The notes under the pieces are model-generated. The model had not been told where the DNA came from. It ran no database searches and saw only the letters and a program-made list of their open reading frames with translations. From Eukaryota sp. TZLM1-RC (lineage: Eukaryota > Protista > Metamonada: BaSk clade): a stretch of DNA of 64,000 nucleotides. Made by a program: the position numbers and the translations under genes. Positions 47,058 to 58,800 of the stretch are shown here, piece after piece. The DNA is taken from NCBI GenBank assembly GCA_040285825.1, contig JAUPSS010000003.1:2356001-2420000 (forward strand), given 5' to 3'. How positions within the stretch are numbered: position 1 is the first letter of the stretch; each line of letters starts with the position of its first letter.

Positions 47058-48733
47058 TAATTTGGAATAAAAACAATTGATGGTGCAAGTGAACTTGGTT
47101 GCTCAAGAAATTGCCGATTCATGTGAAAATATTGGGCTTCATCTCAATGCGAGCAAATGCCTCCTTATTGGTTCTTCTGCTCAAGATCTCGTGATAAACG
47201 ATTTTATTGTCCCTTTCACTAATTATAGTAGTGATGCTTTTAAGTTCCTTGGTTGTTGGTTAGAAAACGTGCCTCAAATTCAGAATGAATTGCAAGTTAT
47301 TTTTGAAAAGATGAAAATTGAACTTGATTCAATTTCTTCTTCAGATATAGAAAAGCATATTCAATTTTTCATGCTTAAAATTTGCTACACTGGGAGAATA
47401 ACCCACATTTTGAGATCTTGTGCTCCTTCCATAGCATTAGATTTTTGTCGTTCATTTAATTCATTGAGAACAGAATTTTTTGCTGATTTATTGGATGTAG
47501 AACCAGGAATGTTGAAAAGTCACTTATTTTCTTCAGCAAATTTGGGTGGTATTGGATTTACTAAATCTTCAATTTTGTGTCAATCAGCATTCTTGGGTGG
47601 TGGCAAAAATTTTATTTATGAATTTTCTCGTAGATTTCCTGATGATTCTCATCTGTTAGTCCCCAATTGTAGTCCCTATTTGTATGAGTTATCTTGTGAA
47701 CTTGAAAAATTACCGCCACAAATTTGGACCAAATGTTTTCCTCAATCAATTCAAGAAATTCCAAACCGATCTCTATTTAATTTACAGTTTTGCTGTAAAA
47801 AGCTTCAACAAAAATTGTCAAAGATTTTTGAAAGCTTGGATTTTGATGTTAGACTTGGCTTGGCCAAGAAAAAGAATCCCGCTTTTGCAAATCTTTTACA
47901 AGATATGTGTGACAGTACTTCTTCTGCCTTAGTAACAACAATTCCACAAGTTTATGGTACTCTCTTATCCGATTCTGCTTGGACTCTGAATATGAGATTT
48001 CGTTCCTTTATCTGGCCTGATAATTTACCTCATAATTTAATTTGTAAATGTTCTCGAGAAATTACAACTACTCATCTGTTAAATTGTAAACATTTTATTA
48101 CTTTTAGAAGCAAGGTTCATGATGCTGTAAGAGACCAGTTACATTGTATGTGTAAATCTCATAGAATTGAATCCTTCTTGGAACCTTTGTTGTCAAATCT
48201 GTTTGATGCTGAAAATGATTTTCATAAGAATAATAGAGGTGATGTCATATTACCTGGATTAGATGGAAGCTTCATTTTATTGGATGTAATGTCTGTTGAT
48301 CCTTGTAATGCCTCAAATGAAAGGCTTGTTAATTCTGAAATTCATAATCCCCTTTCAAATGCTGATAATTTTAAATTCAAAAAATACAATGAACCTTTGT
48401 CCAAATTGGCCAGTCTACAGCATGCAAAATACAATTTGTATCCATTTGTATTTTCCCTTTTTGGTTCACTTGCACCAACTGCTTTACGTTTTTTGGATGA
48501 TTTTGAAATGATTGTAAAGACAAGAACTGGCAGAAATTTCAACAGATTGTTTTGGCAAAGTAGAATTGTGTTTTCTATTTTTAAGGGGATGTTGAAGATG
48601 GTTTCTGATGCTTTGCTTTCTCTTGGATCTCACTATGAGAGAGTTGCATCTAGTGTTTTTGTTTTGGGAGAGATGGATTTTTTAGATGTTGATTTATAGG
48701 TTTAGAATAAAATTAAATTTAAATAAAAAAAAA
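47058..48733 (+). mobile_element. REL-type (CRE/R2-like) non-LTR retrotransposon family A, copy 1 (internally deleted, A tail)
   Basis: FGIKTIDGAS joined directly to LVAQEIAD. KFLG, GGIG, CKC..HLLNC, HDAVRD..EP..RGD..LDV..KKY. Ends AATAAAA..AAAAAAAAA at ~48733. Confidence 0.9.
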
Positions 48734-50562
48734 CTTGTGGTAAAAAAATTGATGGTGCATGTTTTGCTCCTTTTGCTTCTGACATTTTTCAATTCAGAGA
48801 AAAATAATTTTATTTTTAATTCTGACTTCAAAAATACTTTCAATTTCGTGAAACAAAAACCAATTTTTGATGTAATTAAAGTTGTTTTCCCAATCTTTCC
48901 AGTTTTTTCTACCATTTTATGGGAAAGAATCAGATTTAATTTTTAATTCATTTGGTCTTAAATCATCTTCTGGTGTGAAACAAGGTGATCCTTTAGGCCC
49001 ATTATTGTTGTGTTTAGCTATTCACAAAACTTTAAATATCATTAAGCAAAAATACCCTTCTATAGAAATAGTTACTTATATGGATGATATATCCTCGATT
49101 GGTGCTTTTGATTTACTACAATTGGTTGCTCAAGAAATTGCCGATTCATGTGAAAATATTGGGCTTCATCTCAATGCGAGCAAATGCCTCCTTATTGGTT
49201 CTTCTGCTCAAGATCTCGTGATAAACGATTTTATTGTCCCTTTCACTAATTATAGTAGTGATGCTTTTAAGTTCCTTGGTTGTTGGTTAGAAAACGTGCC
49301 TCAAATTCAGAATGAATTGCAAGTTATTTTTGAAAAGATGAAAATTGAACTTGATTCAATTTCTTCTTCAGATATAGAAAAGCATATTCAATTTTTCATG
49401 CTTAAAATTTGCTACACTGGGAGAATAACCCACATTTTGAGATCTTGTGCTCCTTCCATAGCATTAGATTTTTGTCGTTCATTTAATTCATTGAGAACAG
49501 AATTTTTTGCTGATTTATTGGATGTAGAACCAGGAATGTTGAAAAGTCACTTATTTTCTTCAGCAAATTTGGGTGGTATTGGATTTACTAAGTCTTCAAT
49601 TTTGTGTCAATCATCATTCTTGGGTGGTGACAAAAATTTTATTTATGAATTTTCTCGTAGATTTCCTGATGATTCTCATCTGTTAGTCCCCAATTGCAGT
49701 ACCTATTTGTATGAGTTATTTTGTGAACTTGAAAAATTGCCGCCACAAGTTTGGACCAAATGTTTTCCTCAATCAATTCAAGAAATTCCAAACCGATCTC
49801 TTTTTAATTTACAGTTTTGCTGTAAAAAGCTTCAACAAAAATTGTCAAAGATTTTTGAAAGCTTGGATTTTGGTGTTAGACTTGGCTTGGCCAAGAAAAA
49901 GAATCCCGCTTTTGCAAATCTTTTACAAGATATGTGTGACAGTACTTCTTCTGCCTTAGTAACAACAATTCCACAAGTTTATGGTACTCTCTTATCCGAT
50001 TCTGCTTGGACTCTGAATATGAGATTTCGTTCCTTTATCTGGCCTGATAATTTACCTCATAATTTAATTTGTAAATGTTCTCGCGAAATTAGGATCACTC
50101 ATTTGTTAAATTGTAAACATTTTACTACTTTTAGAAGCAAAGTTCGCAATGTTGTAAGAGACCAATTATTTTGTAAGTGTAAGTCTCATAGAATTGAATC
50201 CTTTTTGGAACCCCTGTTGTCAAATCTGTTTGATGCAGAACATGATTTTCATAAGAATAATAGAGGCGATGTAATATTACCTGAATTAGATGGAAGCTTC
50301 ATTTTGGTAGAAGTAATGTCTGTTGATCCTTTTAATGCCTCAAATGAATGGCTTGCTAATTCTGAAATTCACAATCCTCTTTCAAATACTGAAGATTTCA
50401 AAATCAAAGTATACAATGAACCTTTGTCCAAATTGTCCAGCCAACAGCATGCAAAATACAATTTGTATCCATTTGTATTTTCACTATTTGATTCAATTGC
50501 TCCCACGGCTATACGTTTTTGGCAGATTTTGAAATGATTGTAAAGAGAAGAACTAACAGAAA
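48734..50562 (+). mobile_element. REL-type non-LTR family A, copy 2 (RT core present)
   Basis: IDGA, DFKNTFN, GVKQGDPLGPLL, YMDDI, then near-identity to copy 1. The 3' end is replaced by family B. Confidence 0.92.
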
Positions 50563-51490
50563 CGATTGACTGGAATGAATGAAAAAGATCTTTATAATAA
50601 TAATGCAGCTCGGCTGTTTTAAATCAAGATCTTCACTCATTGTTATTGGAAAAGGGTGTTTGTGAAAACAAGTCATCAGATTCTTCACTTTTTGTAACCA
50701 TTGTACAACGAAGATTTGGATTGTGTGCCACTAATGAAGGATTTGTAACAAAAATGAGATTATATTTGAATATCCCCATTAATCAATTATTATCAAAAGA
50801 AAAATGTATTTGTTCGAATTCACCTCAACTCACTTTGCGCCATGCTCTGAATTGCTCTAAATTGATAACTCATCGTTCTTTATTACATGATGCTGTTAGA
50901 GACACTGTTCTTAATATGACACGAACTGCAAGAATATCGTGTATCAAAGAGAATCTGCTGAAGGAAACACTGTCATTGAATAATTTTGGCTCTGATGATA
51001 GAGGTGATGTATACTGTGATTGGATTGACAACTCTGAAGCTGTTGTTGACTTTGTCCCCTGTAATGTTGCAAATGACACTTTGGTTCAAAGAAGAAAACT
51101 TAATTTTGTCAGTACTCTTGAATTGAAAGCTGAAAAAAAAGAAAATATGATAAATGAATTGAAGAAGATAATGCTGGTAGAAATACACAACCAGTTTGTA
51201 TTGCTTTCCCATTTTCGATAAACGGAAAACTATAAGTAGAAGCAGAAAATTTTTTTGAATGACTTTCAAAAAATGGTTCAAGAAAAAACAATGAAAAGAC
51301 TTGATATCTTTTTATGGCGCTCTCGAATTCAATTGCGATTATTAATAGATTACATCGGTTTTTCAATAGAATTAGAGAAGCTTTAGGTAGACATCAAGCA
51401 GATCAAGATTTCATGTAGCAAATCTTGGTTTCATGAATTTTGTCCAATTAGTTATGCGTTTATTGTGTTAAGTGTGCAAGTCAAAAAAAT
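50563..51490 (+). mobile_element. REL non-LTR family B 3' half
   Basis: Near-identical to 35263-36190 (LLLEKGVCENKSSDSSLF..RGDVYCDW). Confidence 0.9.
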
Positions 51491-53477
51491 AACGATTTGT
51501 TTTGCCACTAAAGACAATGAAAACGCATATTCTACAGCCATTCCTTGTTCATTCAAAGGAATTGGATATTTATTTTCCTCGTACAGCTCGGATTCATTTA
51601 AGGAGAATACTTTGTTTTGTACATTTTTCGAAGTTTCTCGCAGACATTCACTGTAACAAGATCAACTACATTCAAGACATTTTTGACTCAATGGATACAA
51701 CCTTGGTCAACAGCATTGATGAAATTAAACCAGCACTTACAAGTTCAGAAAACATCTTTTTCCAACATTGTTGGATTGAATGTCATTAACAAAACCTAAA
51801 TAAAATAACTAAAATATGTACATAGATTGTTCAATTTAAAACAAAAATGAAGGAGGCAAATATTCTTCGTGTACTCTTTTTTAAACTTTTCTTTTTCTTT
51901 TAAACTTTTTAATTTTTGTTTTGGATGTAAGTTTTAGCCCAACATCATCTCAAATTCCGGTAAATTTAAGTGTAAAAAGGCACTGTTTAAATACGGAAAA
52001 GAAAAAAAGAAATGAAGAAGCGAAACAGTTATGAATTGTAAAATCTAAATTCTAGCTTGTGGGTAATTATGTTACCCAGTAATTCGAACAGTAATTTGAT
52101 TCGAATTGCTGACAGACCCTTTAATTACCATGAGATATTGAAAATTGACAAACGTTGAACTTTTTGCAACAAAATACTATCAGCACCATAACGTGGCATC
52201 AACCTAGGACAAAATCAATGCTGACCATTCCATGTAGAATGATTTGCATCAATTATCATTTTCACTTAAATTTGCTTCTTCCCTATATGTGAAGGTAAAA
52301 GCTATCAGATCATCTATGGTTAGTTAACTGTGTAAATTTCCACCAGATATGGTGAAATACAAGAAAAATAAGGCGAAACAGAACGACTGATTAATGAATC
52401 TGTTCTGACCAGAGTGTCACGTCATCCAGCAATCAACCAACCTCATTGATCATCTTTATCAACAACAATAGTAATAATAAATCGATCATCGTGAGACTAA
52501 AAAAGTGAATACAAAGAACATCTTATTGTTGTCTAGAAGCTCTTTTTTGTCTTCAGGTCCGATTTGTTTGGTAATCTTTCTGTCGACGAAACCCATGTCT
52601 GTGCGTAAATATGAAGTAATGCAGCAATGCTGTGACTGGCGACATTTGCTCAAATTACGAAAAAATGGTATATTGGGTATTTCTATTATTTGGTTGAAAC
52701 ATCGCCTTTCAGGTTTAAACAAGAGAATCTGTCACCAAAACCTACATTTCTTTGATGGAAGGACTATACATTCAAAAATATACATGGAAATTCATTTTTA
52801 ATGACCGTGTCGCCTTACTTCTGGGGACAATCTGGTGTAGGATTTTCTGGTAAGAAGAAAACTAAGTAGACATCAGAATGGGCACAAAAAAATTGTTGCT
52901 TGAACTGAATTTCACGTTGATTAATAATAGGGAATACATATCTTCCTGTTTGAAACAATGGTTTCCATTTGTGATGTTGATTTTTCAAATTGAGGGAATT
53001 GAATGTTCTCAATTTGTGAATCACAAATAAAATTTTTTACTACAATTTACCAACCCACCAATATTCAGGGTGCTATTCTTACCGGTGCTGATGGGCTCTA
53101 TTTATTAAATTTGTTGGTGTACTCTGGGTTTTTGGTCTTGAGATGAAACACTTTTACAGAAAATGTTCTTTCATAAAAATACATTCCATCCAAAAAGTAG
53201 AAAAAAAAGTAATTTGAAAAGCAAAATCTTCACAACCAGCAGATAGATTAATTTTATATAAATCCAATTGTGATTATTGACCCGTTCAAAAATCAGAGTG
53301 ATAACGGCAACTGGATCATTTTCAGAAGGACTAGCACAAAACTGGGACTGAAAAACTTTATCTTACTGCGTCCTTGATGTATACAGTCAGTGAGGGATAC
53401 CTTATGTACAGTGGTGACGTGGAGGGTATTCAACATTATTTTGGAAAATTTTACTTGTGTATTCTCTACTGACCTGT

Positions 53478-56400
53478 ATGAACACGGTGCTCTTTTTACT
53501 GGTGCTTCTGGCCTTATCGCTTGCCAACTCTACCCTTCCTGGCCTTGAAAGCTATGTTTCTCTGCTCGATGCCGCAAATCAGGACGGTAGTCTTAGTCTC
53601 AACATTGAAGAGGACTACCTCAAATTCAAAGTTTCTGCCAAAGTTGCTGGAAGTGTTCGTCGCCTCACAGATCAAGAGCTTACCTCCTTGCTGAGAGATC
53701 CTTTGTCTGTCGAGGATGCATCCTATTATGTGAACAAGGATCACGTTTTCAAAAAAGTTTGTAACTCTAATCCATGTACTATTGTTGAGGTAGAACCCCT
53801 CTCAGCGTTTTCTTACCTCAAGCTTTCCTACCAAAATACCGATCCAAAGTGGGCATTTGATTATAACTGGAATTACGACCACAGTTGCCAAGGTGCTGAA
53901 AGAGACTTCAACTTTGACTATTTTACCCTCAAAGACACTTTCTTTAAAGCATCATCCCAGCTCTTCCTGGAGTTTGATTTCAACACTTTCTCAGGAGTAA
54001 AGAAATGTGAAGGACGCTTCGTTCAAGGAATTGACGCATCTATAGGTGTTGAAGTAGAACCTTTCCAAGATCAGTTCAACTATCAATTTGAGCCAAAAGA
54101 GATTGCTGAATTTACCATTTCCATTTTGTTGATCCCAGTCAATATTCGTTTAAGGCTTGGCGTTGGATTTACTGCTGATGTGGATAGCCAAATGAATATC
54201 GATTCTACGTTTACCCTCTCAAACGACAATGCTGAACTTACCATGGGTTACAATGACTACAAAGGGTTCTACCATGACTATAGCTTTGGAAAAATGCATA
54301 CCACATTTGAGAGGAGTATTGATGGCCAAGCTAACGTCAAGGTTGAACTAAATGTTACCCTCTTTATGGACCTCTACTCAGATTCTCTTATCTTCCATGG
54401 TTCACTTCTCCCTGCTCTTGATCTCACGGTTGCTACTGCTGTTTGTCCTGAAGTTCTACATTGGCTTGTTGACTTCCTTCTAGATGTAGATTTTGGAATG
54501 TCTGATATTAATATTGATGTCTATGTCCGTAAATTCAACTTTGAAACTGCCACAAGTAGAAGATTTCTTCTCATTGAGCACAATATTATAAACAATTGTG
54601 CTGATAAAGTTCCTGTTGATGTTGTTGCTTCAACGATGGATGAAACGGCCCCTGAAGAGTTTATTTTGCAATTGGAACTTGAAAGAACGTCTGGTGGTGA
54701 AGACATCTCTAACTACTATTATCATTATGGAAGAACATCCACTGCCTTATGTGGAGATCCTTGGCGTTGTAGCATTGATGACTTTCTTTTTGTTAGACCC
54801 AACACTGAAATTGTTATCGAAATTTGGCGACGTCGTAGATGGTGGTTTGATTCTTACATTAGCCGAATTCGCACAAGTTTCTCAGAAATTGGCCAATGGA
54901 CTTTCACTGGTACAGGACGTAGAACTACCATTTTCGTGTCCAAAACCAAGGAAATCATGCCCAACACATTCATTTCGACTGATGTAGTCGCATCTGAAAG
55001 CCAGTTGTTCCAACTTGGTAAATACCCGGAACCAGATGAATGGGCCAAGAAACGCTTCATCTGGGGAGGATCATGGTTACCATGGATGAAGTCATTTGCT
55101 GCCCCTTCTGTTCGCGCTGACTCCAGCGAAGTTTTTTGGGAAGAAAGTAGAGGAAGAAACCTTTTCGAACCAACTTCTAGAATGTTGAACATCAGTTTCA
55201 CGTGTAGTCAAGAACACTCTAATCTACGCGTTAGATTTCATGGTGATGACTACGGAACAGATGGCAGTCCTACATCATTAACTCATTTTTACCGATCACC
55301 GGTTTGGGGTGCAGAAGTTACTCTTTATGAGGATCGCACTTGGCCAGCTTCAAATAGAGATGTTGCTTCCATCTGGATGTACGATTATACACCAGGCGCT
55401 GTTCGAACACGATGGGGAAGTACCCCTGCTTCTAGTTGTACATTGAGAGTTGAAGTTCAGTATCCTCCAGTTTTTGTAGAATTGTATAATGATGATGGCA
55501 TTACTGGCACATATCCAGTGGTCTTTATCCTTTCTGACGACCTTTCCGATGCTGGTTGCCAGGATGTCATTGCAGATGGTTTTTACCACATCAGCAGTGT
55601 TCCATCAGGAGAGTTTTACTACGTAACTGGTCGTTGGTATGATGTTGTTGATGAAGATAAGGTTTCCACTACATCACTTCTTGTTCAAAATCCAGCAATT
55701 ATTGTTTCAGTTGTCGAACAAGAAACCTGTCTCACTCGTTATACTTTTGCTTCCATTGGTGATTCATTCTTGGCCAAAAGGGTTGCCTTCATTGTGAATG
55801 TTCCCCGTCTCTCCACCACCTACGTTGAAATTCCCAGTGGTATGAAAGGTTCCTTCACTAGACTGCATGGTGAGTTCTGGCACTCTGATATTGAGTTTGA
55901 AGCTCCTTCAGAAACCGGAAAGTTAGTTATTGAGAATCCTCAAGCCACAAACTTTGAAGCTGTCGTCATTTATGAATGTCAAAGTGCTGAATGCAGTGGC
56001 ACAATTGAACAACCCGCACATGAAGTTGTGTTGTCCTCAGGTTCACCCTACCTTGCTGTCTCCCCTTATCAAACAGACTTTTCTACCAAATCCTCATGTG
56101 ATGAATGTAGAGTTGAATATGAACGGTATACAGATGAAGATGTACATATTATTACGAATGATGATTCTTTCACACTAACTCAAAGTGGACACTTCATGTC
56201 TTCTCAATGTCAATTCCGTGTTCACACAAATCCTTCAGTTGAAGGCTTTGCTACCTTCACCTCCACTTGTCACTTTGCCTCTGGTGATGAGGTTACTGTC
56301 CCGGAGAACGGTAAAGCTAACATAGACCGTAGTATGGTGCAACTTTCCGATTCAAACACTGGATTCGTTGTGTTTCATAAACCTTGCTTGTACTGCAATA

Positions 56401-57068
56401 TTGAAGGTTCAATCTATTCTGGGGATCATTCTGTTATTTTTGTAAAAGATTTCCAGTCTGTAGATTACTACACTGTTTTCTCCAATGGACCAGCTTACAC
56501 CAACAAGCTTTTGTTCAAGGAGTGGACTCCTGCCTCTATTGAATGTGAAACTGTTGGTTCTATTGTTGAATGTTCTTTATCTTCTCCCAATGTGTATGCT
56601 CCAGAAATTGAAGACGCTGAGTTTCAAAAGACTGCAATTAAGTTGACTAGCAATGGTCAAAATGTTGCTTTCATTAAGGCTCGATTGGAAACACCTTCCA
56701 AACTCCTAATTAAATTGTCAGAAGCTCACGAAGCAACTATTGAAGTGGAGTTCTCTTCGGATACTCTTCTTTCGAATGAGAAAGTGAAAGGTACCAGCCA
56801 TTACGTCGATCCTGCCAATAGCTTTCCACTGTTGGTTTTGCTGACAGCAGTTGTTGTTGTTGTAGCAATTCTAGTCTTTGTATTGTTATGGTTGCTCCGA
56901 AAGGATAAAACCCAACCAGATGCTGCTGAGATGACCAATGTTACGGCTCTTCCTCCAATTTTTGATGTACAATCTGTATATCCAGTTGTAGTAGATGGTG
57001 CTCCTGAAATTGCAGCTCCTAACTTTGCTGTGTCCATGACTGATGTTGATGCTAAAATAGAGGTATAG
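53478..57068 (+). CDS. Large type I membrane/surface protein (~1196 aa)
   Basis: Signal peptide MNTVLFLLVLLALSLA, beta-rich Cys-containing ectodomain, single TM LLVLLTAVVVVVAILVFVLLWLL followed by RKDK, short tail. Confidence 0.85.
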   Translation: MNTVLFLLVLLALSLANSTLPGLESYVSLLDAANQDGSLSLNIEEDYLKFKVSAKVAGSVRRLTDQELTSLLRDPLSVEDASYYVNKDHVFKKVCNSNPCTIVEVEPLSAFSYLKLSYQNTDPKWAFDYNWNYDHSCQGAERDFNFDYFTLKDTFFKASSQLFLEFDFNTFSGVKKCEGRFVQGIDASIGVEVEPFQDQFNYQFEPKEIAEFTISILLIPVNIRLRLGVGFTADVDSQMNIDSTFTLSNDNAELTMGYNDYKGFYHDYSFGKMHTTFERSIDGQANVKVELNVTLFMDLYSDSLIFHGSLLPALDLTVATAVCPEVLHWLVDFLLDVDFGMSDINIDVYVRKFNFETATSRRFLLIEHNIINNCADKVPVDVVASTMDETAPEEFILQLELERTSGGEDISNYYYHYGRTSTALCGDPWRCSIDDFLFVRPNTEIVIEIWRRRRWWFDSYISRIRTSFSEIGQWTFTGTGRRTTIFVSKTKEIMPNTFISTDVVASESQLFQLGKYPEPDEWAKKRFIWGGSWLPWMKSFAAPSVRADSSEVFWEESRGRNLFEPTSRMLNISFTCSQEHSNLRVRFHGDDYGTDGSPTSLTHFYRSPVWGAEVTLYEDRTWPASNRDVASIWMYDYTPGAVRTRWGSTPASSCTLRVEVQYPPVFVELYNDDGITGTYPVVFILSDDLSDAGCQDVIADGFYHISSVPSGEFYYVTGRWYDVVDEDKVSTTSLLVQNPAIIVSVVEQETCLTRYTFASIGDSFLAKRVAFIVNVPRLSTTYVEIPSGMKGSFTRLHGEFWHSDIEFEAPSETGKLVIENPQATNFEAVVIYECQSAECSGTIEQPAHEVVLSSGSPYLAVSPYQTDFSTKSSCDECRVEYERYTDEDVHIITNDDSFTLTQSGHFMSSQCQFRVHTNPSVEGFATFTSTCHFASGDEVTVPENGKANIDRSMVQLSDSNTGFVVFHKPCLYCNIEGSIYSGDHSVIFVKDFQSVDYYTVFSNGPAYTNKLLFKEWTPASIECETVGSIVECSLSSPNVYAPEIEDAEFQKTAIKLTSNGQNVAFIKARLETPSKLLIKLSEAHEATIEVEFSSDTLLSNEKVKGTSHYVDPANSFPLLVLLTAVVVVVAILVFVLLWLLRKDKTQPDAAEMTNVTALPPIFDVQSVYPVVVDGAPEIAAPNFAVSMTDVDAKIEV

Positions 57069-58179
57069 AATAGTTTTAAAAAATAAAGGCCAAACAATTA
57101 CCAAAATATCTTCAATAATTACTCACCAATCCTCATGAAGGTCTACTTACAATTTTTTTCAAATCCATGAAACTTCTGCTGATATTTTGTGATTTACCTA
57201 GTGGGAGATTATAATGGCTGTTGCTTTGTTCTTTCAGAGATTGAATATTCTATTGCTTCGAATTGTGTATATATGGTTTCTATTATTGTTCGCCTATGAC
57301 AAAACGCTTATTGACTTTTTCTTTTGTAGTTTGAATGTCTCAAAGAGTGCAGTACCTCACAGAGCATCATTTTTCTGGAGTTGAAGTTAATTTTTACACA
57401 CAACTACCCAGTTCACAACATTAATCTCTCTTTTTGGTTCAACTTCAGTTATTAAAACAAAAAACAACTGTCATGTCTCTTATATTGAGCTAATTACAAC
57501 GTCACAAGAACTGTGGTCTTTTTTGTGAACATCTACAATAGATGGAGATTTAGTTATTGATAACCCATGATCTGCTTTCCATTGAACCATGGCCAATCCA
57601 TAATTTTGGTTTTGTAATTGGTTTTGCTTAACACGACACAACACAGTCTTTAAATAATCATAATGAGAATAAATAGAGTATGAAAATCGCGCGCTTAAAA
57701 GATTTGATGATGTTGATGCGTGTATTGAGGATATTGAGTTCTAGTTTTTTGTTTAATGTTTTGTTAGCGTTGAAAATAAATTTCAAATTTTTTAAAAAAA
57801 TAGATTAAACACCAGTAATCGAAACATATCCAATTAGTTTTTGCTTCTCTTCTTTTCGTTCCCACACATTGCCCCCAAACATTCTAAATATCTGAAACTC
57901 TGTGAAAATACTGTTGATCAGTCTTTGTTGAAATGGGAACCATTAGAGGAACATGTCGTTTAAAGTATACATGCTGAATTTCTTCAATCAATTGTTAGCT
58001 GGAGCTAAACGTGACTTTCCCTTTTAGGAAAGAGGATCACGTCACCATTAGTTTACTGAAACCGTGCACTGAAGCCAACACAATGAGTTCACTGTGAAGG
58101 TTAAGCAATTTTTATTAAATTTAAAGTTTTTGCCCTCGTCAATTATATTTTGTCGCCCGCCAGGTGAAGATATTTATTG

Positions 58180-58800
58180 AACTTGTACATTTAACAAAAA
58201 AATCATAACTAATGGGACGAAATTCATTGAACCAAGATTTACTCTACAAAATCTTGAACTGCTTGCTGTCTAGCTAAAGCATGTCTAATTCGATCGAAAA
58301 ACCGAGGCAATCAATCAATAATGAGAAAGTGAATTCGAGAGAGCCATAAAAATATATCAAATCTTTTCATTGTTTTTTCTTGAACCTCGCTAAAGCTCCT
58401 CTAATTCGATTGAAAAACCGAGGCAATCTATTAATAATAACAAATTGAATTCGAGAGCGTCATAAAAAGATATCAAATCTTTTCGTTGTTTTTTCTTTAA
58501 ACATTTTTTGGAAATTATTCAAAAAAGTTTCTGCTTCTACTGATAGTCTTTTGTTTATCGAAAATGGGAAAGCAATAAAACATATGGTCTAGTTCTATCA
58601 GCATTAACTTTTTTAATATCTTTGTCATCTTTTGTTTGTTTTTCTTTGGCTTTAAATTCATGAGCATCTACAGGATTAAGTTTTCTTCTTTAAACCAAAG
58701 TGTCATTTGCAACATTACATGAAACAACGTCAACAACAGCTTCAGAATTATCAATCCAGTAACAGTACATATCAACTCTATCATTAGAACCAAAATTATT
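58180..58800 (-). mobile_element. REL non-LTR family B 3' fragment with partly duplicated 3' region
   Basis: Reverse complement of ~35680-36190. The block gctaaagc..ctaattcgat..aaaaaccgaggcaatc occurs twice (~58273 and ~58389). Confidence 0.85.

Noticed and set aside
47076-48760. AATTGATGGTGCA as a TSD around REL copy 1
   Set aside because: It encodes the IDGA motif of the RT itself in both copies, so it is internal homology.
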